From the NCBI GenBank assembly GCA_964416155.1, contig CAYQCW010000004.1, positions 30,658-94,657 of the forward strand: a DNA stretch of 64,000 nucleotides, in the 5' to 3' direction. Position numbers and translations under genes: made by a program. Positions 19,281 to 28,831 of the stretch are shown here, piece by piece (within the stretch, counting starts at the first letter, position 1; each line of letters begins with the position of its first letter). Source of the stretch: an uncultured Nitrososphaerota archaeon (GTDB lineage Archaea; Thermoproteota; EX4484-205; JAAOZP01). The notes under the pieces were generated by a model, which was given only the letters and a program-made list of their open reading frames with translations, did no database searches and was not told the DNA's origin.

Positions 19281-20801
19281 TTGCCCATGGAGCAGGATGC
19301 TGGTGGAGGCATATACCGGAGCAGGCTGGGGCCGGTTTCCTCAGAGGCCACGAGATACGTGTCCAGCATCAGGGAAGATCTCTGGATATTCAACGAGGAT
19401 ATTGAGTGCACCGTTGCACATGACCTGATGCTTATGAAGCAGGGCTATATTACTGAGGAGCAGCTTAAACGGATTCTCGAGGCTCTTAAAAGGCTGTGGG
19501 ACGAGGGCTTGAGCCGGATCGACCTTGAAAAGTATGAGGATGTTCATGAGCTGATAGAGTCTTACGTGGTTAAGCAGGCTGGTCTAGAGGTTGGAGGTCT
19601 TGTTCACACGGCGCGCTCCAGGAACGACCAGGTTGTAACGGCGGTGAGGCTTAAAACGAGAAGAGAGGTTTTAAGCATCATGGGGGAACTGCTTGAGCTT
19701 GAGGAGACTCTTCTAAAGAAGGCTGGGGAGACTGTTGACCTAGTGTTTCCGTTCTACACTCATCTGCAGCAGGCTCAGGCCGCTCCCCTTTCACACTACT
19801 TCCTAGGGTATTTCGACATTTTTCTGAGAGACTTCAACCGTCTATCAGAATCGTTTAAAAGGGTTAACCAGAACCCCCTTGGAAGCGTTGCTATAGTCGG
19901 CTCCTCGCTTAAAATAGATAGAGGCCTCACTACGAGGCTCCTAGGGTTCGACGGGATGTTGGAGAACTCGTTCGACGCTGTTTCCTCAAGGGACTTCGCG
20001 CTGGAGGTTATTTCAAACCTTAACATCCTCATGCTTAACCTGAGCAGGATTATGGAGGACCTCATAATCTGGCTTACCTCCGAGTACGGTTTCTTCACGC
20101 TTCCAGATGAGCTGGCTTTCCCGTCTAGCGCGATGCCTAACAAGAAGAACCCCTGCATACTTGAGCTGACCCGTGCGAGAACGGGACGGGTTTTCTCAAG
20201 CCTAGCCCAGCTTTCAATGGTTTGCAAGGCGGTGCCCAGCGGCTACGTTAGGGATCTTCAGGAGACTAAACCCCCGTTGATCGAGGCGATTGAAACAACC
20301 AGGGAGGCGGTTAGAATCGTCAGGATTGTTCTAGAGAACCTGAAGGAAAACCGTGAGAGAATAAGGTCTTTAACTGAGCCGAACATTATTGCCCTGGATG
20401 TTGCTGAAAGAATAGTTGAGGAGGCTAAGGTTCCCTTCAGGCTTGCCCACAGGCTGGTGGGGGGGATGGTGAAGCTCAGCGTTAAGACGGGTAGGAGGAT
20501 GACTAGTCTCAACGAGGATGATCTCAGAATGGTTTCCCTGAGTGTGCTGGGCAGGGACATTAGTAGTCTACTGGCGAACATTCTGAAAGAGGCTGACACC
20601 AGTGTTCTCGTTTCTAAGCGAGTATCCTTGGGCGCCGGCTCCCCGGAGGCTGATAAAATGATGCTTGCAGCCAGGCGGAACGTTTTACAGGAATGTTTTT
20701 CCAGGCTTAGCCTGATGATTCGGAAGGACAGGGAGGCTAGGATGCTTCTCTCGGATTCTGTAAGCAGGCTTGTGGAGGGCTTCTCCTTATCCAAAGATTG
20801 A
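19281..20801 (+). CDS. argH: Argininosuccinate lyase
   Basis: HTARSRNDQV, YTHLQQAQ, SSAMPNKKNP. Confidence 0.93.
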   Translation: MPMEQDAGGGIYRSRLGPVSSEATRYVSSIREDLWIFNEDIECTVAHDLMLMKQGYITEEQLKRILEALKRLWDEGLSRIDLEKYEDVHELIESYVVKQAGLEVGGLVHTARSRNDQVVTAVRLKTRREVLSIMGELLELEETLLKKAGETVDLVFPFYTHLQQAQAAPLSHYFLGYFDIFLRDFNRLSESFKRVNQNPLGSVAIVGSSLKIDRGLTTRLLGFDGMLENSFDAVSSRDFALEVISNLNILMLNLSRIMEDLIIWLTSEYGFFTLPDELAFPSSAMPNKKNPCILELTRARTGRVFSSLAQLSMVCKAVPSGYVRDLQETKPPLIEAIETTREAVRIVRIVLENLKENRERIRSLTEPNIIALDVAERIVEEAKVPFRLAHRLVGGMVKLSVKTGRRMTSLNEDDLRMVSLSVLGRDISSLLANILKEADTSVLVSKRVSLGAGSPEADKMMLAARRNVLQECFSRLSLMIRKDREARMLLSDSVSRLVEGFSLSKD

Positions 20802-20933
20802 AAAACGTTAAAGGCTTTTTGATGCCTTGAAAACCGTTTAACTGCTGGTTTAACGCCATGCCTAAGCTGTTAGCACTGTGTACTAATATGGAGATAAAGA
20901 ATAAAAGTCACCCCGAGAGAATTCCTCTAAGGG

Positions 20934-21500
20934 TTGCTAATTAGAAAGGACAAGATAATAGGCCTACAGGTTTACGATAAGAGAGGCCGGTACGTCGGCA
21001 AAGTTAAGGACATAGGGTTTGTCCTAGGCGAGAACCTTGTTGGAATAGTCGTTGTTGGTAGAGACAATAGGGAGATGGAGTTCATCTGGAGCGAGGTTGA
21101 TGCCGCTGAAGACATAGTGATACTTAAGAAGGAGGTGACTGTTCCCGCTGCACCCCCTGCGCCGGCGAAGCCGGCTGTCGAGACGCGTGAGGAGCCGAAG
21201 GCCCAGGTGAGGGAACAGGTTTCAGCGAAGCCTCCCACATACTTGCCGAGGGAGCCGGAGGTTCAGGTTGCTTCAAGCAGTGATGCAGCCAGGGTTCCTG
21301 AGGCTCAGTCTTCTTTCAAGGAGCCTGCTGAATTCGAGGAGGCAGAACTGGAGCATGGTGAAACCGTGGCCGCTGCACCGCGGCCTGCTCCCGAGGAGAC
21401 GGCTGGCGGTGCAGGAACCAAGTCTTGTCCGAAGTGCGGAGCCATAAACAATGCGCGCTACAAATTCTGCTTCAGATGCGGAACCAGGCTGCCCGCTTAG
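20934..21500 (+). CDS. PRC-barrel protein with Pro/Ala/Glu linker and C-terminal zinc ribbon
   Basis: IIGLQVYDKRGRYVGKVKDI...EDIVIL PRC pattern; CPKCG...KFCFRCG. Confidence 0.85.
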   Translation: MLIRKDKIIGLQVYDKRGRYVGKVKDIGFVLGENLVGIVVVGRDNREMEFIWSEVDAAEDIVILKKEVTVPAAPPAPAKPAVETREEPKAQVREQVSAKPPTYLPREPEVQVASSSDAARVPEAQSSFKEPAEFEEAELEHGETVAAAPRPAPEETAGGAGTKSCPKCGAINNARYKFCFRCGTRLPA

Positions 21501-22339
21501 CTTAACGGTTCTTTAAGAACTATTCCGCGGCCCCTCTCTATTTCAAACCTGTAGATTATTGGGTTCACAGCGGTCCAGCGCATCTTCCTTATGAACATCG
21601 TTCTTATGATGGAGTTCCCAACCCTAGATAGGGAGAGTATTATGACGCCGCTCGCCAGAAACTCTTCAACACCATACCTGCTCATCATGTTCTCCCCGGT
21701 GGGGACCTCTGATGTTATCACGGTGGTTACGCCAAGCTTCTCCTCAATCGAGAATATGAGGCTCCTAATGTATTCTCTAACCCATGCAACCTCGTTCGAG
21801 TAGGTGGTGACCAACGGGGCTATCGGATCTATGACGAGCCTCTTGGCCCCTATTTCCCTCCTCCTCTTGTCAAGCTCCTCTATTATGTTGTTGACTATAG
21901 TGTCCATTTCCCTTCCCCACATCTTGGAGGTGAAGTATCTTCTAACCGGGAGGATCGCGAGCTTCCTGGTCTCTATAAGGGGCTGAAGATCCCAGCCGAA
22001 GTTTCTCACGTCTCTCACAAGCATCTCCGGCCTCTCGTCTATCGTAACGTATATCCCGGGCTCGTTGTTCTTAGCCCCGTATAAAAGGTACTGTAGGCTG
22101 AAAATCGTCTTCCCGGTTCCAGCCTCTCCGGCGAGAAGGCATGTTTTGCCGGATTCGAACCCGCCCTCCAGGATCTCGTCTATCGCGGAGTTGCCTGTTG
22201 AAACCCTTCTAACATAGGAGACTCCTTTCCGCGGGGTTCCACAGGCTGGGCAGAACTTGTATTCGGGGCTGAGTGGACGCCCACATTCACAGTAGTAAGC
22301 GCCTACAGCCTCTCTTTTAACCGCCTCTCTCCGCTGCAA
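21497..22339 (-). CDS. Single-domain KaiC/RAD55-like ATPase with N-terminal zinc ribbon
   Basis: STGNSAIDEILEGG, GEAGTGKT, LVIDP, RKMRWT; CECG...KFCPACG. Confidence 0.9.
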   Translation of the reverse strand: MQRREAVKREAVGAYYCECGRPLSPEYKFCPACGTPRKGVSYVRRVSTGNSAIDEILEGGFESGKTCLLAGEAGTGKTIFSLQYLLYGAKNNEPGIYVTIDERPEMLVRDVRNFGWDLQPLIETRKLAILPVRRYFTSKMWGREMDTIVNNIIEELDKRRREIGAKRLVIDPIAPLVTTYSNEVAWVREYIRSLIFSIEEKLGVTTVITSEVPTGENMMSRYGVEEFLASGVIILSLSRVGNSIIRTMFIRKMRWTAVNPIIYRFEIERGRGIVLKEPLS

Positions 22340-22402
22340 CAGTAATAGGTTTATGCGGAGGCGGTTTATAAATAGTTATCGGGCCTCGCTTTCCACTGGG
22401 TT

Positions 22403-22900
22403 TTATCTGCGTTTCTCCAAAAAATAGTTTATTAAACCTCCCGCCTCTATTATTTTCATCATGAATTCGGGCATTTTATCGCAGGAAAACTTTTCCCCGG
22501 TTTTAATAATCGTTAAAACCCCGTTGGCAACGTCGAGCTCAGCCTCATCCTCATCCTTAAGCCTTTCTAAACCCTCGGTCTTCCTGATGATGAGCGCGGG
22601 AAGACCCAGGTTTATAGAATTCCTGTAAAAGATTCTCGCGAAGGACTTGGCGACTATCGCTTTCACTCCGGAGTGTTTCAACGCTATTACCGCGTGCTCC
22701 CTGGAGCTCCCCAGTCCAAAATTCTCGCCGGCAACTATTATTGCTCCACCTGAAGCCTTCGCCCTGAACTCAGGGTAATAGTCTTCGAAAACATGCTTCG
22801 CAAGAACCTCAGCGTCGTGAGTCACCAAGTATCTAGCAGGTATTATCACATCCGTGTCCACATTGTCGTCAAGCCTGATAATCCTGCCGCGTATTTTCAA
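22403..22900 (-). CDS. leuD: 3-isopropylmalate dehydratase small subunit
   Basis: DNVDTDVIIP, NFGLGSSREHA, SFARIFYRN. Confidence 0.95.
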   Translation of the reverse strand: MKIRGRIIRLDDNVDTDVIIPARYLVTHDAEVLAKHVFEDYYPEFRAKASGGAIIVAGENFGLGSSREHAVIALKHSGVKAIVAKSFARIFYRNSINLGLPALIIRKTEGLERLKDEDEAELDVANGVLTIIKTGEKFSCDKMPEFMMKIIEAGGLINYFLEKRR

Positions 22901-24162
22901 GCCAGAAGCCTCCTAGGGTCAGTTATTCTACCCTCTACTGCTGAAGCAGCCACCGTCGCTGGGGAGGCGAGGAAAACTTTGCTCCTCTTATCGCCCATCC
23001 TGCCTACAAAGTTCCTGTTGCTGCTTGAAACCGCAACCTCGCCTTCTGCAAGAACCCCTCTAGACATTCCCAGACATGCGCCGCAAGTGGGGCTCGTAAC
23101 TATTCCGCCTGCTCGCACAATCTCCTCGATGACTCCTGTTCTCAAAGCCTCCGCGTAAACCTTGACTGAAGCTGGGCTAACCACCAGCCTCACACCCGGC
23201 GCGATACTTCTACCCCTAAGTATCCTGAGAGCTACGAGAAGATCGTCCAGCCTCCCGTTCGTGCAGGAGCCTAGGAAAGCCTGGTCTATCTCAAGGCCTT
23301 CAACCTCTGCGACGGGCTTAACGTTGTCCACGCTGTGCGGCAAGCTTACAACAGGCTCCAGGTTTGAAACATCCATCTCGATCCTCTCAAGGTCCGCGTC
23401 AGGGTCGCTCCTCACTTCCAGCAGCCCGCAGCATCTCCCCCAGCTCTCAGCATACTCGGTGCTTTTAGAATCTGTTTGAACAATCCCGGTTTTAGCACCC
23501 GTCTCAACAGAGAGGTTTGCAAGAGTGAGGCGTTCAGACAGGGTCATTAGGCTTACTGTTTCACCCGAGTACTCTAGGGCCTTGTAGGTTGCTCCGTTGC
23601 TGCCGATTTCCCCGACGATGCTTAAAGCAACGTCTTTCGCGAAAACGCCTTTCCCAAGCCTCCCCTTAACCTCAACCAGCAGTGTTTCAGGAATCCTCAG
23701 CCATATTTCTCCCGTTGCTAATACAACAGCAGCATCAGTGGAGCCGACGCCTATTCCAACCGCGCCGGTTGCTCCAGCTGTGCAAGTATGGCTGTCCGCG
23801 CCAACTATCAGGCAGCCCGGCACGTCGAAGCCTTCTTCAAAGAGAACCTGGTGAGCTATACCTCCCCTCCCTATTTCGAAGAAATTGCTTACCCCGTGTT
23901 TTTTAACGAAGCCCCTCATCCTCCTCATCTGGTTGGCCAGGTCTATCGTGCTCGGGGGAACATCATGGTCGAAAACCACTATCACCCTGCTCGGGTCCCA
24001 GACTTTCCCGGAGATTTTTTCAAACTCTTCAACAGCCAGCGGCCCAGTCACCTCGTGCAGCATCAGGAAATCCACCTTAGCCTCGACTATTTCACCCACT
24101 TCCACGCGGGGCCTGCCTGTTTTCCTGGAAACCACTTTCTGTATTGCTGTTAAACCAGTCAT
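22897..24162 (-). CDS. leuC: 3-isopropylmalate dehydratase large subunit
   Basis: GADSHTCT, GSCTNGR, PTCGACLG, NRNFVGRMG. Confidence 0.95.
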   Translation of the reverse strand: MTGLTAIQKVVSRKTGRPRVEVGEIVEAKVDFLMLHEVTGPLAVEEFEKISGKVWDPSRVIVVFDHDVPPSTIDLANQMRRMRGFVKKHGVSNFFEIGRGGIAHQVLFEEGFDVPGCLIVGADSHTCTAGATGAVGIGVGSTDAAVVLATGEIWLRIPETLLVEVKGRLGKGVFAKDVALSIVGEIGSNGATYKALEYSGETVSLMTLSERLTLANLSVETGAKTGIVQTDSKSTEYAESWGRCCGLLEVRSDPDADLERIEMDVSNLEPVVSLPHSVDNVKPVAEVEGLEIDQAFLGSCTNGRLDDLLVALRILRGRSIAPGVRLVVSPASVKVYAEALRTGVIEEIVRAGGIVTSPTCGACLGMSRGVLAEGEVAVSSSNRNFVGRMGDKRSKVFLASPATVAASAVEGRITDPRRLLA

Positions 24163-25694
24163 CCGCCAACCCTCTTAATCTGCAGAAGCCTGTTGGCCCC
24201 GTTCAGTATTGCGTAAACCCCTGCTAGCACAATGTCCTCGCTGAATCCTTTCGCAGTCACGCTCCGCCCCTCATCGTCTGAAACCCTTACCGTAACCTCT
24301 GCAAGCGCGTCTGTGCCTCCTGTGATCGCCTCCAGCCTGAAGCTTTCAAGCTTTATCTTAACCAGGTCGCCGAGAAGCCTGCTGACAGCCTTCATCGAGG
24401 CGTCTATCGGCCCGACTCCGAACTCAGCCCCCCTCCACGCCTGTTCTCCTCTCCTTATCTTTATTGTTGCTGTCGGCGTCGTGTTCAACCCTGTAACCAC
24501 GAGAAGCTCTTCAAGCTCTATACGGTCCTTATCACTAACCCCGTACCCTATGACGCTTTCAGCTATCGAGGCGAGCTCAGCGTCAGTAACCTTCTTACCC
24601 TTGTCGCCAATATCCTTGACTATTTTAAGAACCTGCTTCAACTCTTCTTCGCTCAGCCTATACCCCATTTCTTCAAGCTGCGCTGAAATCCCGTGGACAC
24701 CGGCGTGCTTCCCGGCTACCAGCCTTCTCCTAGCCCCGACGAACCCGGGGTCTATAGGTTCATAAGTCTCTGGGGATGCCAGTATGCCGTGAGTATGGAT
24801 CCCGCTCTCATGGGAGAAAGCGTTTTCCCCAACTATAGGCTTGTTCACAGGTATTGCTATGCCGGTTATCAGGGAGACCAGCCTACAGGTGTTGTATATC
24901 TCTTTAAACTTCAAGCCTGTTTCAACACCGTACAATACTTTAAGGGAAACCGCTACCTCCTCTAGGCTCGCGTTGCCTGCTCTTTCTCCCAGCCCGTTCA
25001 CCGTCACGTGTGCCTCAGCAGCCCCTCCCTCGATTCCTGCAAGCGTGTTCGCGACAGCTAGGCCCATGTCGTTGTGGCAGTGTACCGCAACCGGGATCCT
25101 CAGGGCTTCACAAATCCTTTTAACAATCTCCCGCATGGCTAATGGGGTTGCAACGCCAACAGTATCGGGGATATCGACTGTGCTTGCCCCGGCTTCTTCA
25201 ACCCTCCTGTAAAACTCCACTAGGAAATCAATACTTGTCCTGGTGGCGTCTTCGGCTGAAAACTCTATTTTCATACCGTAGGATTTAGCGAGGTCTATGG
25301 ATTCAACAGCCCTGCGTATGGCTTCATCCCTGCTTATCTGCAACTTCTTATTCAAATGTATGTCCGAGGTCGCTATGAAGAGATGGATTCTCCCCGCTCC
25401 AGTTGAAGCAGCCTTCTCAATATCCTCCTTCATGCATCTGGATAGGGCAGCGATCTCCGCGTTCAACCCTTCCCTAACTATCAGCTTAATAGCCTCCTCC
25501 TCGCCGCGCGACGTCGCAGGGAAGCCTGCCTCCACCACGGGTACTCCAAGCGCGTCAAGCTGTCTCGCTATCCTAAGCTTATCCTCAGGCGTAAGCGCGA
25601 CCCCTGGAGTCTGCTCACCGTCCCTTAGAGTAGTGTCGAAAAGAATCGCCCTGTCAGGTATTTTAGCCTCAGTAAGGTATCCTCTCCAAACCAT
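24159..25694 (-). CDS. leuA: 2-isopropylmalate synthase (LeuA/CimA family)
   Basis: DTTLRDGEQTPG, HCHNDMG, GLGERAGN, HESGIH, C-terminal regulatory domain; citramalate synthase cannot be excluded. Confidence 0.9.
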   Translation of the reverse strand: MVWRGYLTEAKIPDRAILFDTTLRDGEQTPGVALTPEDKLRIARQLDALGVPVVEAGFPATSRGEEEAIKLIVREGLNAEIAALSRCMKEDIEKAASTGAGRIHLFIATSDIHLNKKLQISRDEAIRRAVESIDLAKSYGMKIEFSAEDATRTSIDFLVEFYRRVEEAGASTVDIPDTVGVATPLAMREIVKRICEALRIPVAVHCHNDMGLAVANTLAGIEGGAAEAHVTVNGLGERAGNASLEEVAVSLKVLYGVETGLKFKEIYNTCRLVSLITGIAIPVNKPIVGENAFSHESGIHTHGILASPETYEPIDPGFVGARRRLVAGKHAGVHGISAQLEEMGYRLSEEELKQVLKIVKDIGDKGKKVTDAELASIAESVIGYGVSDKDRIELEELLVVTGLNTTPTATIKIRRGEQAWRGAEFGVGPIDASMKAVSRLLGDLVKIKLESFRLEAITGGTDALAEVTVRVSDDEGRSVTAKGFSEDIVLAGVYAILNGANRLLQIKRVGG

Positions 25695-25864
25695 TACGAC
25701 CCCCTCCTAAAACAGGTTTAAAACAATATCGTTTTTCAACAGTCTCTAATAGAGGTGTCACTGTTTCTGGAACGCAGGTGGTCTCGCCCCCTTTGGGCGT
25801 TACGAGTCATGAGTATGCTACACACCTCCTTAGCGGAGACTGCTTGACTACTATATTAACTTTT
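25695..25864 (-). promoter_or_regulatory. leuACD promoter and long conserved leader
   Basis: On the minus strand: AAAAGTTAATATAG, GCTAAGGAGGTG (25834-25823), ACGCCCAAAGGGGGCGAGAC (25800-25781). Confidence 0.75.
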
Positions 25865-25870
25865 CTACGG

Positions 25871-26509
25871 TCAGCCGGATAAAGTTAGAAATCCTTCTAA
25901 ACCGTTTCTAATCATAACTATTCCGAAAGCCACTATTATCAGGTTGAATATTTTAGCAACAAGCTTCGAAGGCGTTCTGCCGATACTCACCATAATCCTC
26001 TCACCGTTCACGAGAATCACGTATGCTAAAACAGCGTTCAGCAGTATTACTAGTATGCAGGTGAAAATATTGTAGGGAGGATTAGATATTATTATGACTG
26101 TGGAAATACTCCCTGGGCCTGCGAGAAGCGGCGTCGCAAGGGGGAAGACAGATATCTCCTCAGCCCTCTCCCCTCTCAGCTCGCTCTCCTCCCCCACAAG
26201 TATGTACTTCAAGGATATTGCTACGAGAACCATTCCTGAGGCAACGTAGAAGTCGTAAAGCCTTATCCCTAGGAAGTTGAACATTACAGTTCCAAGTAGG
26301 GCGAAGAAAACTAACACCACTGTTGCGGCGACAACAGACTCCCTTATTATTTTCCTCTTCCTCCCGCTTGAGAAGGATTCTAGGAAAGTGTGGAAGACAG
26401 GGATGTTTCCGACAGAATCCAGTATGACGAACAATAGTATGAATGCTTTCGTGAAACGCTCCGCTTCAGCCGCAAGCTCTAGACTCATGCCTGGTCGAAT
26501 AGGCTTCAA
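25871..26509 (-). CDS. MarC family integral membrane protein
   Basis: ILDSVGNIPVF, FPLATPLLAGPGSI; true start probably slightly downstream. Confidence 0.9.
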   Translation of the reverse strand: MKPIRPGMSLELAAEAERFTKAFILLFVILDSVGNIPVFHTFLESFSSGRKRKIIRESVVAATVVLVFFALLGTVMFNFLGIRLYDFYVASGMVLVAISLKYILVGEESELRGERAEEISVFPLATPLLAGPGSISTVIIISNPPYNIFTCILVILLNAVLAYVILVNGERIMVSIGRTPSKLVAKIFNLIIVAFGIVMIRNGLEGFLTLSG

Positions 26510-26831
26510 AACCAGGATTCTTATCTTTTTCGTGGAAAACAGGAATAAGCTTGACGCCGCCGCACTTCAGACAGATAAGCCCCACCCCCTTGCCTTTCAA
26601 AATTCTAATCCTCAGGCTACGGCCCGGTATCAGCGGGTTCTTACACTTGCTACACCTGAAATATCTTCTCAAAACAGTTTTCCTCCTAAGATTATACTTC
26701 TCAGCAATCCTCCAGGCAAGCCTAGCGTATGATTCAGCCCTGCTCAAGTCGGATTCCGCGGTTTCCAGGGCAAGCCTAAGCAGGATGTCTATCCTCTCCC
26801 TCGCGATGCTCACCGCCTTCCTCTTCCCCAT
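26466..26831 (-). CDS. rnp4: RNase P protein component 4 (Rpp21)
   Basis: IARERIDIL...YARLAWRIA, CSKC and CLKCG zinc ribbon. Confidence 0.9.
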   Translation of the reverse strand: MGKRKAVSIARERIDILLRLALETAESDLSRAESYARLAWRIAEKYNLRRKTVLRRYFRCSKCKNPLIPGRSLRIRILKGKGVGLICLKCGGVKLIPVFHEKDKNPGFEAYSTRHESRACG

Positions 26832-26874
26832 TTAAACGCTTAGGGGAAAACGCTAGAAGGTTATTATGGTTTTA

Positions 26875-26949
26875 TGCGGCGCCCGGGATTTGAACCCGGG
26901 GTTCCCAGCTTGGAAGGCTGGTGTCCTAACCAGGCTAGACCAGCGCCGC
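26875..26949 (-). tRNA. tRNA-Gly(TCC)
   Basis: Cloverleaf with anticodon loop CTTCCAA. Confidence 0.97.
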
Positions 26950-27034
26950 CGTCTCCTTAATAGGAAATGGTGGTTAATAAAAGTTTTAGTCCTCCTTTTT
27001 CTGTTCATTTATTGTTTTTATCAGTTGAAGCTTC

Positions 27035-27694
27035 TCAGCGTGCTTCGGCTTGCCTGGTTCTCCTGTCCACTAGACTGTAATTGTTCATCCCGTATTCTAG
27101 GGTAATCACGTCTCTGAAGCCTGCTCTCCTAAATATCGCGTCAAGGGTTTTCGCATCCATGAGGAAGTAGAATCTTCTATGCGGCCCCCAGTTGACCATG
27201 AAATAGTTCCCGCTGATCCTTCTAGCTCTGCGTAGAAACTTCTTATCCCTAGTCATCCTTATTGACCATGAGGAGGCAAGCATCCACCCCTTGTCGCTCA
27301 GAACCCTCTCCATCTCCCTGAGCGCTTTCTCAGCATCATTCTCCCTCAAATGGTGTATCGCTGAAACACATATCATGCTGTCGAAAACCCTGTTCCTGAA
27401 AGGCAGGTGCGTCAACTCGTACTGCACATAGTGAACCTCTCTTCCTGAAAAGTTTTTCACACATTGTTTAAGCATGTTTCTAGAAAAGTCTCCTGCAACC
27501 ATGGTGCCGCCTTTAAACGCTTTCAGGTTCCTGCAGTTTCCACAACCGTTGTCAAGCATTAAGCTGGCTTCTCTTGAAAACCCCCTGCTGACCAGTGTTT
27601 CGAGAAAAGGGTCCGGTTTAACCCTCGTCCTGTCAAACTCCTCGAATATGGTGTCGTAGAGCCTACGGACCTCTCCCCGGTAATCGCTGGCCAT
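27035..27694 (-). CDS. Class I SAM-dependent methyltransferase, Trm9-like
   Basis: LDNGCGNCRN, LPFRNRVFDSMICVSAIHHL, RFYFL. Confidence 0.8.
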   Translation of the reverse strand: MASDYRGEVRRLYDTIFEEFDRTRVKPDPFLETLVSRGFSREASLMLDNGCGNCRNLKAFKGGTMVAGDFSRNMLKQCVKNFSGREVHYVQYELTHLPFRNRVFDSMICVSAIHHLRENDAEKALREMERVLSDKGWMLASSWSIRMTRDKKFLRRARRISGNYFMVNWGPHRRFYFLMDAKTLDAIFRRAGFRDVITLEYGMNNYSLVDRRTRQAEAR

Positions 27695-27808
27695 CTGAAG
27701 TCTCTCCCATACTGGAGTTATAAGCTTGAAGACCCTTTACGGGGATCGGTTTCAAATTTATAAGCTACCATTCTAAGAACCTAATGATTTAATCAGAAGG
27801 AAAAAATC

Positions 27809-28831
27809 ATGGTTAGGAAGAAAGCTGAGGAAGAGAGTGAGGAGGAGTCCAGGGGCGTGGAGGTTTTCGAATCAATAGAGGACATACCCGGCATAGGTCC
27901 CTCTACTGCCGCTAAGCTCAAGGAGCTTGGTTACACTACTGTTGAAGCATTGGCAACGGCCACTGTAAACGAGCTTGTAAGCGGAGGCATTCCTGATAAG
28001 ACTGCCGCCAAGATAATATCGTTGGCGAGAAGCAGCATCGAGGTTAAATTCGTTTCAGCCCTAGACATTCTTAAGCAGCGGGAGCACATTCAGAAGCTCA
28101 CTACGGGGAGTAAGAAGCTGGATGCTCTCCTAGGGGGAGGGCTGGAGACAATGACGATAACCGAGTTCTTCGGGGAGTATGGGACGGGAAAATCCCAGAT
28201 AAGCCATCAGCTTGCTGTTAATGTTCAGCTACCCGTGGAGAGAGGGGGTTTAAACGGAAACGTTGTCTACATCGATACTGAAAACAGTTTCAGGCCTGAG
28301 CGTATTGTTGCGATGGCTAAGTATCTGAAACTGGATCAGATTAAGACTGTTGAAAACATCACCGTGGCGGAAGCCTTTAACTCGGACCACCAGGTACTCA
28401 TAGCTGAGCGTCTCGACGAAATCATTAAGAGTAAGAGGGTGAAGCTCGTCATAGTCGACTCCCTGACGACCCACTTCAGAAGCGAATACTTGGGTAGAGA
28501 GAGCCTTGTTAAAAGACAGCAGAAGCTGAACGCTCACCTTCATAGGCTTGACCGTCTTTCTAAAGCCTTCAACCTTGTAATCGTTGTTACAAACCAGGTT
28601 ATGGCTAAGCCGGATGAAATCTTCGGAATGGGAGCCTATCCTGTTGGCGGCCATATTCTTGCACACAGGAGCCACACGAGAATATACCTGCGTAAGGCTA
28701 GGGGTGAACAGGGTTTGAGGGTCGCCAGGCTGATAGTTAGCCTAGACAGGCCTGAGGGAGAATGCTTGTTTAAAATAACTGAGAACGGCATAACTGACGT
28801 TGAGGAAGAAGCCTATGGTGAAGAAGGCTAG
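27809..28831 (+). CDS. radA: DNA repair and recombination protein RadA
   Basis: N-terminal HhH, GEYGTGKS, YIDTENSFRPER, TNQVMAKP. Confidence 0.97.
   Translation: MVRKKAEEESEEESRGVEVFESIEDIPGIGPSTAAKLKELGYTTVEALATATVNELVSGGIPDKTAAKIISLARSSIEVKFVSALDILKQREHIQKLTTGSKKLDALLGGGLETMTITEFFGEYGTGKSQISHQLAVNVQLPVERGGLNGNVVYIDTENSFRPERIVAMAKYLKLDQIKTVENITVAEAFNSDHQVLIAERLDEIIKSKRVKLVIVDSLTTHFRSEYLGRESLVKRQQKLNAHLHRLDRLSKAFNLVIVVTNQVMAKPDEIFGMGAYPVGGHILAHRSHTRIYLRKARGEQGLRVARLIVSLDRPEGECLFKITENGITDVEEEAYGEEG

Noticed and set aside
10001-26949. Two near-identical Gly tRNAs as direct repeats flanking the ilv/arg/leu block (possible island)
   Set aside because: Both are full-length isoacceptors, there is no integrase, and the block includes the core gene for Rpp21.
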